A program made the translations under genes and the position numbers. The notes under the pieces were generated by a model, which was given only the letters and a program-made list of their open reading frames with translations, had not been told where the DNA came from and did not search any database. Shown here in pieces: positions 18,655 through 27,654 of a stretch of DNA of 29,994 bases; within the stretch, counting starts at the first letter, position 1; each line of letters opens with the position of its first letter. The DNA comes from Elusimicrobiota bacterium. GTDB lineage: Bacteria; Elusimicrobiota; Elusimicrobia; UBA1565. Location of the stretch: positions 1-29,994 of the forward strand of contig JBDREN010000134.1 of the NCBI GenBank assembly GCA_043819795.1, in the 5' to 3' direction.

Positions 18655-18820
18655 CGCCGGCATGGCCCGGCGACCTTACTTAGGATTTCCGCTTCGGGAG
18701 GTTCAGCGAGGCGTCGCCCGAAGGGCGAAAGCCAAGCGCCGACGAAACGGGGGGCAGAGCCCCCCTTGGAGAGCGACCGAGCGGAGGCTACGTCGGAAGA
18801 GTCCTGACCTCTCCGAAGCG
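18655..18820. ncRNA. Candidate structured RNA or REPIN/MITE-like element
   Basis: Outer stem 18690-18706/18804-18820; internal hairpins TCGCCC-gaa-GGGCGA and GGGGGGC-aga-GCCCCCC; stem CCGACG/CGTCGG. No family recognised. Confidence 0.3.
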
Positions 18821-18850
18821 AGGGAACCCTGCGTCCTCCCTGGCGGACTA

Positions 18851-20026
18851 TCAGTCCGCCGGAAGACGCAGGGTCGCGACAGCGTGGCAGGCGATCGCCT
18901 CTCCCCGCCCGATCGGACCGAGCCCCTCGTTGCTCTTGGCCTTCACGTTCACGCGCGAGCGGTCGATGCGGAATACCTCCGCCAAGGAGCGGACCAGCGC
19001 CCGGTAGCGCCCCTTGAGCTTGGGCTCCTCGGCCACGACCGCGACGTCCAGGTTGGCTATCTCCGCTCCCCGATCCTCGAGCTTCCCAAGGACGTGCTCG
19101 GCGATGCTGTGGCTCGATATCCCCTTGAACTTCGGGTCGGAGGGAGGGAACGCGATCCCGATCTCCCCTTCCCCCAACGCGCCCAGGACCGCGTCGCAGG
19201 CCGCGTGCAGGACCACGTCGCCGTCCGAGTGCCCGAGCAACCCCTTCGCGTGGGGCACCTTCATGCCGGCCAGGAAGAGCGGGCGCCCCTTGACCAGGCG
19301 GTGGATGTCGTAGCCCAGGCCGGTCCGCGTCTCGCGGACCGCGCCTCCGCGGCGCTCATTCATCATGGCCGAGGCGAACACAAGGTCCTCCGGGGTCGTG
19401 ATCTTGATGTTCTCGTAGCCGGAGGGGACGATCCGCACCCTCTGTCCCGCCCGCTCGACGAGCTGGGACTCGTCGGTGGCGCTGCTCTTGCCGCGGGACC
19501 TCTTGAGCGCGGCGGCCAGGATCTCCCGCCGGTAGGACTGGGGCGTCTGCGCCTGCCAGAACTCCGACCGGTCCGGGGTCGCGCACACCCAAAGGGCTTT
19601 GCCGCGGACCTGCTTTAGCGTGTCCTTGGCCGGGACCGCGGCCACGGCCGCGCCCGAGCGCAGGGCCTCCGTGAGGGTCTTGCGGATGATCCCGGCGCTC
19701 ACCAGCGGACGCGCCCCGTCGTGGACGGCCACGACGTCCACCGCCGGGCTCAGCGCGCCGAACCCGTTGACGACCGAGTCCATGCGCGTCGCGCCGCCCT
19801 CGACGACCTTGACGCGCCCGGCGCCCAGACGCCCGCCGTGCCGGCGGACGCTCTCCCCGTCCAGGACGAGAGCGATGTCCGACACCTCGGGCAGCTTGCG
19901 GAAGGCCTCGAGCGACCATTCGCATACCGGGCGGCCGCACAGCGGCAGGAACTGCTTCGGCCGGCCCATGCGGCTCCCGGAGCCCGCCGCCACGATGATC
20001 GCCCCGGCCCGGAATCTTTTCGGCAT
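18851..20026 (-). CDS. ispDF: Bifunctional MEP cytidylyltransferase / MEcPP synthase
   Basis: IspD motifs AAGSGSRMG..KQF, VHDGARP, QTPQ, NIKITTPEDL; IspF motifs GLGYDIH, HSDGDVVLHA, NVKAKSNEGLG..GRGE. Confidence 0.95.
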   Translation of the reverse strand: MPKRFRAGAIIVAAGSGSRMGRPKQFLPLCGRPVCEWSLEAFRKLPEVSDIALVLDGESVRRHGGRLGAGRVKVVEGGATRMDSVVNGFGALSPAVDVVAVHDGARPLVSAGIIRKTLTEALRSGAAVAAVPAKDTLKQVRGKALWVCATPDRSEFWQAQTPQSYRREILAAALKRSRGKSSATDESQLVERAGQRVRIVPSGYENIKITTPEDLVFASAMMNERRGGAVRETRTGLGYDIHRLVKGRPLFLAGMKVPHAKGLLGHSDGDVVLHAACDAVLGALGEGEIGIAFPPSDPKFKGISSHSIAEHVLGKLEDRGAEIANLDVAVVAEEPKLKGRYRALVRSLAEVFRIDRSRVNVKAKSNEGLGPIGRGEAIACHAVATLRLPAD

Positions 20027-20071
20027 GAAATGCGTTGCTCCTCTCGCAACGACGCCGTTCTCTGCTAGAAC

Positions 20072-20110
20072 GGATCCCGGGGAAAATCCCTTGGATTTTT
20101 CCCGGGATCC
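20072..20110. repeat. Intergenic palindrome family, copy 4
   Basis: GGATCCCGGGGAAAATCC-ctt-GGATTTTTCCCGGGATCC, 18-bp arms with one G-T pair, between the PIN/TRAM gene and ispDF. Confidence 0.75.
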
Positions 20111-20126
20111 AAGACCGTCTCCAGGA

Positions 20127-21110
20127 TTAGCGTTCTCCCTTGAACTTGCCGAAGATCATGCGCCCGGCCGATGTCTGCAAGATCGACGCGACCTGCGCGG
20201 CGACCCGCTTGCCGATGTGGCTTTTCCCGTCCTCGATGACCACCATCGTGCCGTCGTCGAGATAGCCCACTCCCTGGTCGCGCTCCTTGCCCTCCTTCAT
20301 GACGAACAGGGTCATCATCTCGCCGGGCAGGACCACCGGCTTGAGCGCGGTCGTCAGGTCGTTGACGTTGAGGCAGGACACATCCTCCAGGCTCGCGACC
20401 TTGTTGAGGTTGAAATCCGTGGTCAGGACCTTCGCGCCGAGCTCCTTCGCCAGACGCACGACCTTCCCGTCCACCTCATCGATGTCCGGGATGTTCCGGT
20501 CGATGATCTTGACCGGGATGTCGGGGTTCTCCTGAAGGCGGGCGAGCATGTCGAGCCCCCGGCGGCCGCGAGCCCGCTTGAGGTTATCGGGGGAGTCGGC
20601 CAGGTGGTGCAACTCGTTGAGGACGAACCGGGGGACGACGACCGTGCCGCTCAGGAACTTCGTCTCGCAAATGTCCACGATGCGGCCGTCGATGATCGAG
20701 CTCGTGTCCAGGATCTTCATGTCGGAGCCGCGCCGCCGCGCCGTCGCGAGGATATCGCGGTCCAAGGTGTCGAGCTCCGGGAACTTCCTGATGCTGACGA
20801 TCATGCCCAACGCCCCGAACGCGAAGTACCGCAACGCCGAATAGCGGGCCCACTGGAAGTAGAGCTCCTCCGCTCCCATCTGGAAGACGACATAATCCAC
20901 CAGCTTCGAAAGGATGATCCCCACGCTGGCTCCCAGGATGCCGAAGAACATCGTGAGGATGCTCAGGCTCTCGAGCAGCATCTCGATGACGACGAGGACG
21001 ACGCCCACCCCCAATCCGATGGCGACGCCCGTCAGCTCCTTCGTGATATAGAAGTACACCAGCAGCGGACAGGCCGCCAGGACCACGACACGGTATATCC
21101 ATCCAATCAT
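20127..21110 (-). CDS. yacL: Membrane-anchored PIN/TRAM domain protein (YacL family)
   Basis: N-terminal TM helices; KILDTSSIIDGRI, RGRRGLDML, TTDFNLNKVA; TRAM domain GKERDQGVGYLDDGTMVVIE; radA-yacL-ispD synteny. Confidence 0.9.
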   Translation of the reverse strand: MIGWIYRVVVLAACPLLVYFYITKELTGVAIGLGVGVVLVVIEMLLESLSILTMFFGILGASVGIILSKLVDYVVFQMGAEELYFQWARYSALRYFAFGALGMIVSIRKFPELDTLDRDILATARRRGSDMKILDTSSIIDGRIVDICETKFLSGTVVVPRFVLNELHHLADSPDNLKRARGRRGLDMLARLQENPDIPVKIIDRNIPDIDEVDGKVVRLAKELGAKVLTTDFNLNKVASLEDVSCLNVNDLTTALKPVVLPGEMMTLFVMKEGKERDQGVGYLDDGTMVVIEDGKSHIGKRVAAQVASILQTSAGRMIFGKFKGER

Positions 21111-22561
21111 GTAGCTTCTCCTTGTAGGCTCGCCTGGACCGCCCCGGCGATATCCACAGCGCCCAGCACCTCAAGACGCCCGCCGCCGCCTCCCCGCGCG
21201 CCCTTGCCCGCGGGGCCTAGGTGTTGAAAATTGCCGCTCCGCTTCAGGTCCTCCAGCGAGCGCGCCGAGACCAGCCCGCGGCGGAATCCGCAGCGCTCGG
21301 CCTCCTTGAGGCGCGGCGCCGCCGACCCGATGCGGCCCAGCCGCCCGAGCAGACCCACCTCGCCGGCGAAGACCCAGTCCGCGGGCACGGGGATGTCCCG
21401 CGCCGAAGAAACGATCGCCATGCAGACCGCCAGGTCGAGGGCCGGATCGCGCATGTGCAAGCCGCCGGCGAGGTTGACGTAGACGTCCCGGCTCTCGAGG
21501 CGGAGCTGAAGGTGCTTCTCCAGAGCCGCGATCAGCACGAGGACACGGTTCAAATCGAGCCCGGTGGCCATGCGGCGCGGCAACGGATAGCGGGTCGGCG
21601 TCACGAGGGCCTGGACCTCGGCCAAGATCGGACGCGAACCCTCCATCGCGACCGAGACGGCGCGCCCGGCGGCCGGGCCGCCGTCGTGCTCCTCGATGAA
21701 GAAAGCGGCCGCGTCCGACACCTCGCGCAGCCCCCTCTCGTCCATCTCGAAGACGCCGATCTCGGAAGAGGGCCCGAAACGGTTCTTCTGCGCGCGCAGT
21801 ATGCGCAGGACCTGTCCCCGCTCGGCGTCGAACTGTAGGACCGTATCGACGATATGCTCGAGGACCTTGGGCCCCGCGACGCTCCCGTCCTTGGTCACAT
21901 GCCCCAGGAGGAACAGGACGGCGTCGCGCTTCTTGACGGCCCGGAGCAGCTCCGCCGCGCATTCGCGGACCTGGCCCACGCTGCCGGGACTGCCCGGCAG
22001 CTGCGGGTGGTATACGGTCTGGATCGAGTCAAGGACGACGACCCCCGGGCCGTGCTCCTCCACGGCCGCCAGGATCTTCTCGAGATCCGTCTCCGCGAGG
22101 AGGTAGATGCCGCCGGACTTCACGCCGATCCGCTTCGCGCGCCCCGACACCTGGCCGAGCGACTCCTCGCCGCTGACGTAGAGGACCTTGCCTGGGCCGG
22201 CCTCGGCCTCCGCAAGCCGGTCCGCCGCCTGCAGCATCAGCGTGGACTTTCCGATCCCCGGGGGTCCGGCCAGAAGCACCACCTGGCCGGCCACGACGCC
22301 GCCGCCCAGCAGCCGGTCGAGCTCGCCGATGCGGGTGGGGACCCGGCGCTCCTCCGCTCCCGAGACCTCCGAGAGCCTGACCGTCTCGGAGCTGAAGTCC
22401 GTGAGCGGCCGCAGGGCCCCTCTCGCCGACGAGGCCGCGCCGACCGCGACGGCCTCCTCGACCAGGGAGTTCCACGCCTGGCAGCCGGGACACTGCCCCG
22501 CCCACTTCAGCGAGGTGTCGCCGCATTCCTGGCAACGGTAGACCGCCTTAAGCTTGGCCAT
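21107..22561 (-). CDS. radA: DNA repair protein RadA/Sms
   Basis: C4 zinc finger CQECG..CPGC, Walker A GPPGIGKST, DSIQT, KNRFG, Lon-like C-terminal domain. Confidence 0.97.
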   Translation of the reverse strand: MAKLKAVYRCQECGDTSLKWAGQCPGCQAWNSLVEEAVAVGAASSARGALRPLTDFSSETVRLSEVSGAEERRVPTRIGELDRLLGGGVVAGQVVLLAGPPGIGKSTLMLQAADRLAEAEAGPGKVLYVSGEESLGQVSGRAKRIGVKSGGIYLLAETDLEKILAAVEEHGPGVVVLDSIQTVYHPQLPGSPGSVGQVRECAAELLRAVKKRDAVLFLLGHVTKDGSVAGPKVLEHIVDTVLQFDAERGQVLRILRAQKNRFGPSSEIGVFEMDERGLREVSDAAAFFIEEHDGGPAAGRAVSVAMEGSRPILAEVQALVTPTRYPLPRRMATGLDLNRVLVLIAALEKHLQLRLESRDVYVNLAGGLHMRDPALDLAVCMAIVSSARDIPVPADWVFAGEVGLLGRLGRIGSAAPRLKEAERCGFRRGLVSARSLEDLKRSGNFQHLGPAGKGARGGGGGRLEVLGAVDIAGAVQASLQGEAT

Positions 22562-22578
22562 CGCAAGTCACATTCCGC

Positions 22579-23823
22579 TCATTTCCGGTAGACGCGCGGC
22601 ACGCGCGCGCTCAGGCCGGTGACGATCTCGTACGGGATCGTCGACGCGGCCGCGGCCAGCTCCCCGGCCGTGACCTCTTCCCGTCCGGACCGGCCGGTGA
22701 TGACCGCCTCGTCGCCGACTTTCACGCCCGGCGCCGCGGTGACGTCCGCCATCATCATGTCCATCGTGATGGCGCCGACGACGCGGCAGCGCCGGCCGCG
22801 GACGATGACCGAGCAGCGCCGCGGGCCCGTCGAGAGCAGCCGCGGCAACCCGTCGCCGTACCCGATCGGCAGCGTCGCGATGAGCGAGGCCCGACGCGTC
22901 CGGTAGAGCGCCCCGTAGCTGATCGGCGTGCCGGCCCTCACATTCTTAATAAATACGATGCGCGTCTTCAAGCTGAGCACCGGCTGGAAGCCGCCGCAGA
23001 GGCCGTAGGCGGCGAGCCCGGGGCGGATCAGGTCCCAGCGGCTCTCGGGAAAGCCGAGGGCCGCCGCGGAGTTGGCGGCGTGGCGCAGGCGCACGCGCTG
23101 TCCCGCCCGTTCGAGGTCCTCCACGGCCCGCCGGAACAAAGCGAGCTGCCGCCGGGTCGCGGCCGGGTCGCTCTCGGCCCGGGCGAGGTGGGTGTAGACC
23201 CCCTCAAGCCGGACCCCCGAGGAACGTCCGAGGTATTCGACGACCTCCCGGCCCGCGGGCCAGCGGACGCCGATGCGTCCCATCCCCGTATCGATCTTCA
23301 GATGGCACGGGAGAGGCAAGCGCCGGCGCTCCGGACGCGAGAGACGGCTCTCCGCGCGGACGATCCGCCGGGCTCCCTCCAGCGAGGCGACCGTCGGCGT
23401 CAGCCCGTAGCGGACCGCGGCCAGCGTGCTGGCGAAAGGATACAGGGACCCGAGGATCAGGATCGGGCCGCGAAGGCCCGCCTCGCGGAGCACGGCCCCC
23501 TCCTCGACGGATGACACGCCGAGCCACGACACGGTCCCCGAGGAACGCGCGGCGCGCGCCACCTCGACGGCCCCGTGGCCGTAGCCGTCGGCCTTGACCA
23601 CGAGCATGATGCCCGTCCGTGCGGGCATGCGGGCTCGCAGACGCCGCAGGTTCGAGACCAGGCGGTCCAGGTCCACCTCCGCCCAGGTGGGGCGGTACAG
23701 CCGGGGAAACCGGACGGAATAGACCCCGCTGCCCGCTCGTCCCGGCGAACGGCTCGTCATGCCGAGGCCGCGCCCGGAGGCGGCCATGCGCCGGGACCGG
23801 GCGCCACGGGATGGAGGCGGCAC
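22579..23823 (-). CDS. alr: Alanine racemase
   Basis: VVKADGYGHGA (PLP Lys), KIDTGMGRIG, HAANSAA, ISYG, IGYGDG, TIPYE. Start uncertain: GTG 23823 overlapping the dnaB stop, or ATG 23787 or 23760. Confidence 0.95.
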   Translation of the reverse strand: MPPPSRGARSRRMAASGRGLGMTSRSPGRAGSGVYSVRFPRLYRPTWAEVDLDRLVSNLRRLRARMPARTGIMLVVKADGYGHGAVEVARAARSSGTVSWLGVSSVEEGAVLREAGLRGPILILGSLYPFASTLAAVRYGLTPTVASLEGARRIVRAESRLSRPERRRLPLPCHLKIDTGMGRIGVRWPAGREVVEYLGRSSGVRLEGVYTHLARAESDPAATRRQLALFRRAVEDLERAGQRVRLRHAANSAAALGFPESRWDLIRPGLAAYGLCGGFQPVLSLKTRIVFIKNVRAGTPISYGALYRTRRASLIATLPIGYGDGLPRLLSTGPRRCSVIVRGRRCRVVGAITMDMMMADVTAAPGVKVGDEAVITGRSGREEVTAGELAAAASTIPYEIVTGLSARVPRVYRK

Positions 23824-25220
23824 TAAAACGTGACCTGCGCGACCTCTTCGCCCTCCGGCTCGAGGGCGGGGGTCGTGTTCTGGAAGCGGGTCTGCTGGCG
23901 GTCGAAGTCCAGGTGGATCGTGCCGGTCGGGCCGTTGCGCTGCTTGGACACGATGATCTCGGCCTTTCTCTCGAGGGTGGGGTCGTTCGGCTTGTAGTAC
24001 CCCTCGCGGTAGATGAACGCCACGAGGTCCGCGTCCTGCTCGAGGGCTCCCGATTCGCGCAGGTCCGAGAGCTGCGGGCGGCCGTCGGTGCGGCCCTTTT
24101 CCTCGACGCGGCGCGACAGCTGCGAGAGCGCGACGACGGGGATGGTGAGGTCGCGGGCCAGGAACTTCAGCCCGCGCGATATCTCCGAGACCTCCTGCTG
24201 GCGGCTCTCGCTGCGGCGCGCGCTGCCGTGCATCAGCTGGAGATAGTCGACGATGAGGAGCCCGAGCGTCTTGCCCTCCGAACGGAGGTCGGCGGCCAGC
24301 CGCCGCGCCCGGCTGCGCACGTCGAGGACCGAGAGGCCCGGCGAATCGTCGATATAGAGGGGCGCCTCCGAGAGGCGCGCGGCGGCGTTCGTGAGGTCGG
24401 TCCAGCGCTCGCGCCGGAAAAAGCCGTTGCGGACATCATGGAGATTGACCCGGGCTTCGGAGGCGATGAACCGCGTCATGATGGCCTGCCGGGACATCTC
24501 CAGCGAGAATACGGCCACCGGCAGGGGCTTTTCGGCGTGCAGGACCACGTGCGCGGCGATGTTGAGGGCGAGCGCGGTCTTTCCCTGCGACGGCCGCGCG
24601 GCTATCAGGATGAGGTCGCCCTTCTGGAAGCCCGCCGTCTTCTTGTCGAAATCGGTCAGCCCCGTCGGCACGCCCGTGACGTCGCCCTTGTGCTGATGGA
24701 GCCGCTCGATGTCCTCGATCACCTCGTGGGCGAGGGCCTTGACGTCGTGGAAGCCCGAGACCGACTGCTTCTGGGCCACCGCGAGGATGCGGCCCTGCGC
24801 GTCGTCAAGAAGCTGGCTGGCCTCTTTCTGCTCGGTGTAGCAGTGGCCGATGACCTCGGTCGACACCTTGATCAGCTCGCGCAGGATCGCCTTCTCGCGC
24901 ACGAGGCGCGCGTAGTACGCCACATGGGCCGCGGTCGAGACCTTATGGACGAGCTCCGACAGGAAGGTCGTCCCGCCGACCTCGCCGATCCACTTGAGCT
25001 TGCGAAGCTCCTCGCCGACGGTGACGATGTCCACGGCGTGGCCCCGATCGTAGAGGTTCAGGGCGGCGCGGAATACCTTGCGGTGGGCGTTCTTGTAGAA
25101 CTGGCTCTCTTCGAGGATCTCGACGGCCTTCTCGACCGCTTCGGCCTCGATGAGCATCGAACCGAGAACGGCCATCTCGGCCTCTAACGCCTGCGGCGGG
25201 ACATGCAGCGTGTCTGGCAT
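23823..25220 (-). CDS. dnaB: Replicative DNA helicase
   Basis: PPQALEAE, ARPSQGKT, FSLEMS, IVDYLQL, LSQLSR, SDLRESGALEQDAD, KQRNGPTG; GGAGGT Shine-Dalgarno. Confidence 0.98.
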   Translation of the reverse strand: MPDTLHVPPQALEAEMAVLGSMLIEAEAVEKAVEILEESQFYKNAHRKVFRAALNLYDRGHAVDIVTVGEELRKLKWIGEVGGTTFLSELVHKVSTAAHVAYYARLVREKAILRELIKVSTEVIGHCYTEQKEASQLLDDAQGRILAVAQKQSVSGFHDVKALAHEVIEDIERLHQHKGDVTGVPTGLTDFDKKTAGFQKGDLILIAARPSQGKTALALNIAAHVVLHAEKPLPVAVFSLEMSRQAIMTRFIASEARVNLHDVRNGFFRRERWTDLTNAAARLSEAPLYIDDSPGLSVLDVRSRARRLAADLRSEGKTLGLLIVDYLQLMHGSARRSESRQQEVSEISRGLKFLARDLTIPVVALSQLSRRVEEKGRTDGRPQLSDLRESGALEQDADLVAFIYREGYYKPNDPTLERKAEIIVSKQRNGPTGTIHLDFDRQQTRFQNTTPALEPEGEEVAQVTF

Positions 25221-25243
25221 GCGACCTCCCGCGTCCGGGACGA

Positions 25244-25690
25244 TCAGCTGCGGGGGACGACGGAGACCTTGACCTTGGCGCTCGCGTCGGGGGCGAAGCG
25301 GATCTCCACCTCGCTGTCACCGATCTCCTTGATCGTGGACTCCATCACGACGGCGTTCTTATCCATCGAGAAGCCGGAGGCCTTCAGGCTCTTGACGATG
25401 TCGGACTTGCCGACCGAGCCGAAGAGCTTGCCGTTCTGCCCGACCTTGCGCGTGAAGGCCAGCTTGACGTCGGCGAGCTTCTCGCAAGCGGCCTTCGCCT
25501 CGGCGATGGCCTTCTCGCGCACCTTCTCGCGCCTCTCCTTGCCCTTCTCGAACCATCGGATGGCGCTCGCGGTGGCCTCCATGGCCAGCCCCCGCGGGAT
25601 CAGGTGGTTGCGGGCGAACCCGCGGGCGACGTCCTTGACATCTCCAGACAGACCCAAATCCGTCACGTCGGACCTAAGGATAACCTTCAT
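25244..25690 (-). CDS. rplI: 50S ribosomal protein L9
   Basis: MKVIL..V..LG..GDV..V..GFARNHLIP, GKLFGSV. Confidence 0.97.
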   Translation of the reverse strand: MKVILRSDVTDLGLSGDVKDVARGFARNHLIPRGLAMEATASAIRWFEKGKERREKVREKAIAEAKAACEKLADVKLAFTRKVGQNGKLFGSVGKSDIVKSLKASGFSMDKNAVVMESTIKEIGDSEVEIRFAPDASAKVKVSVVPRS

Positions 25691-25772
25691 GGCGCGATAT
25701 CTCCGCTAAGAATCTATACGACCGTGAGGCGCTCCAGTTCCCTCGGTTCGCCCTGCGGCGGGACGACGTAGT

Positions 25773-26108
25773 CTAGGACCCGGTGAAGGGAAGCAGCGCC
25801 AGATACCGGGCACGCTTGACCGCCCGGCTCAACTGCCTTTGATGCTTCGCGCAGGTGCCGGTGATGCGGCTCGAAAGTATCTTGCCGCGGTCGGTGACGA
25901 ATGTCCGGATCACCGGGACCTGCTTGAAATCCACACGATGGACCTGGTCCACGCAGAACCGGCAGACCTTGCGGCGCGGCCGGAACGGTCCGCGCCGGGG
26001 GGCGCCGCGGGCGCGCCCGCGCCCCTGCGGGCCCGTAGGAGCCGGCCTCGGCCGCGAAGCGTCCGGCCTCGCCGCGCTCGCCGGCTGCGCCTCCTGTTTC
26101 TCGGTCAA
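25773..26108 (-). CDS. rpsR: 30S ribosomal protein S18 (zinc-motif type) with N-terminal extension
   Basis: [42 protein letters not shown] start overlapping the ssb stop (TTGA). Confidence 0.96.
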   Translation of the reverse strand: MTEKQEAQPASAARPDASRPRPAPTGPQGRGRARGAPRRGPFRPRRKVCRFCVDQVHRVDFKQVPVIRTFVTDRGKILSSRITGTCAKHQRQLSRAVKRARYLALLPFTGS

Positions 26109-26533
26109 AAGGGGACCTCCTCCAAATCCGGATCGGCCTTCGCGCCGCCGCCTCCTGGCTGCGGGGTCTCTCCGCCTCCAGCGGGAAGCTTAGCCAAGAA
26201 CTGGACGCGCCTCGCGACCACGTCCAGCACCTTGCGGGTATTGCCCGTCTTGTCCTCGTACTCCCGATTTCTGAGCCGCCCCTCGACATGCACCGGGCAG
26301 CCCTTCTTGAGCTTGTCCTTGAGGCGATCAGCCGCTTCACCGAACAAATCCACAGGGACCCAGGCCGTGTCGTCCTTCCATTCCCCGGACGCGTTGTCCT
26401 TGAAGCGCCGGGTGACGCCGACCGTAAAATGGCAGATGGCGGTCCCTTTCTGCGTAAAGCGGACATCAGGGTCGCGAGCGAGATAGCCGGAGATCAGGAC
26501 CAGGTTCTGCTCCGGGAGGCGGATATCTTTCAT
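26105..26533 (-). CDS. ssb: Single-stranded DNA-binding protein
   Basis: [27 protein letters not shown], acidic C-terminal tip LEEVPF; rpsF-ssb-rpsR synteny. Confidence 0.96.
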   Translation of the reverse strand: MKDIRLPEQNLVLISGYLARDPDVRFTQKGTAICHFTVGVTRRFKDNASGEWKDDTAWVPVDLFGEAADRLKDKLKKGCPVHVEGRLRNREYEDKTGNTRKVLDVVARRVQFLAKLPAGGGETPQPGGGGAKADPDLEEVPF

Positions 26534-26871
26534 GTCGATGCCTTGGCCTTGGCATTGGGCTTGGACTTCGCTCCGTTGCGCTTGGCCTCTTCAGCGTGCA
26601 CGGTCAGCGTCCTGAGGATGCTTTCCTGGATGCGGAACTGCTGGTTCATCTTATTGACCAGCGCGCCCGGCGCGCTGAACTTAAGATAGACGTAATACCC
26701 CTCCCGCAGCTTGCGGATCGGGTAGGCGAGCTTGCGCCGGCCCCAGCTATCCTCGCTCAGGATCGCCCCGCCTCCCTTGGTGATCGTCCCCTTCGTCTTA
26801 TCGACGAATTCGGAAATCTCCGCGTCCGAGAGGCTGGGATTGATTACAATGATTGTCTCGTAATTTTGCAT
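26530..26871 (-). CDS. rpsF: 30S ribosomal protein S6
   Basis: MQNYETIIVINP, WGRRKLAYPIRK..EGYY, ILR; start at ATG 26871. Confidence 0.96.
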   Translation of the reverse strand: MQNYETIIVINPSLSDAEISEFVDKTKGTITKGGGAILSEDSWGRRKLAYPIRKLREGYYVYLKFSAPGALVNKMNQQFRIQESILRTLTVHAEEAKRNGAKSKPNAKAKAST

Positions 26872-27014
26872 TCTTTCAGCACCGACTATAACAAATAGCG
26901 ATCCTTGCGCACAAGAGCGCGGAATCCCCCCTGGAAGCCGAGCCGCTGGCCTCCAGGTTCCCCGGCACACCGCCGCGCCTGCCAGTGCTCCGGGCTTCGG
27001 CGGTATTAAGGCGT

Positions 27015-27044
27015 ATTATGCACTAAATGCCGCCCCCATGGCAA
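27015..27044 (-). promoter_or_regulatory. Sigma70-type promoter of the rpsF operon
   Basis: TTGCCA (27044-39), 18-nt spacer, CATAAT (27020-15) on the minus strand; implies a leader of about 135 nt. Confidence 0.55.
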
Positions 27045-27131
27045 CCCCCCTCCGGCGCCGGATCACGGACGCGCGCCCGGAAGTCGGCGCCCCCGCCGCA
27101 CGCCGCCATCGGTCCGGGCGCCACGTACGTG

Positions 27132-27160
27132 TTGACAGAAGATAACACATCTTGTAATCT
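27132..27160 (+). promoter_or_regulatory. Sigma70-type promoter of the HTH gene
   Basis: TTGACA (27132-37), 17-nt spacer, TAATCT (27155-60); the spacer contains AAGAT-N5-ATCTT. Confidence 0.7.
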
Positions 27161-27203
27161 ACTGGGAGAATAAACTGATTCAAGCTAAAAAACGGTTTTC
27201 CGG

Positions 27204-27461
27204 ATGAGAAAGAAGAGAAGAAAAGCCTCCCGCAAGCAGTTCATCGGGCCGCCCCCCGAGGTCATGGACATCAAGACGCTCGCCCAGTATCTCGGGATGG
27301 GACGCTCGAAGATATACAACCTCATCCGGCAGAAGAATATCCCCGCGTCGCGCATCGGGCGGCAGTACCGCTTCTCGAAGTCGCTGATCGACCAGTGGCT
27401 CAAGGAGCAGCTGATCATCCGGCCCGAGGAGACGCAGTTCCCGCTGTTCAAGGGTAAGTAG
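27204..27461 (+). CDS. Excisionase-type helix-turn-helix DNA-binding protein (HTH_17-like)
   Basis: EVMDIKTLAQYLGMGRSKIYNLIRQKNIPASRIGRQYRFSKSLIDQWL, with a basic N-terminal arm. Confidence 0.9.
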   Translation: MRKKRRKASRKQFIGPPPEVMDIKTLAQYLGMGRSKIYNLIRQKNIPASRIGRQYRFSKSLIDQWLKEQLIIRPEETQFPLFKGK

Positions 27462-27550
27462 GCCCCGTCCCGCGCCCCCTTGGCCGCGGGACCCGGGCGT
27501 TGAAGGCTCCCGCCCCGCCGCCCTCCGTCTGAGCCCCGACGAGAAAACGC

Positions 27551-27579
27551 TTGCATCCCGACGGAAGATTATGTATTCT
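27551..27579 (+). promoter_or_regulatory. Sigma70-type promoter of the small repeat protein gene
   Basis: TTGCAT (27551-56), 17-nt spacer, TATTCT (27574-79). Confidence 0.65.
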
Positions 27580-27654
27580 GACTGCTGTTGATGTGAAGTC
27601 GTCGTCGTGCCCTCGTCGGTACGACGAGACATTTGTCTCGGAGGAAGAGATCAC

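Noticed and set aside
18547..18807. 86-aa ORF downstream of the SprA-like gene
   Set aside because: TTG start inside a palindrome, no ribosome site, and non-coding-like composition.
23823..25220. Intein in DnaB
   Set aside because: Normal length (465 aa) with contiguous helicase motifs.
27045..27130. GC-rich stem (GCGCCCGGA/TCCGGGCGC) between divergent promoters as a tRNA or ncRNA
   Set aside because: No cloverleaf or T-loop; lies upstream of both promoters; such pairing is expected at this GC content.
27204..27461. Prophage or ICE boundary suggested by the excisionase-like HTH
   Set aside because: No integrase, tRNA or att-like repeat; flanked by housekeeping genes.
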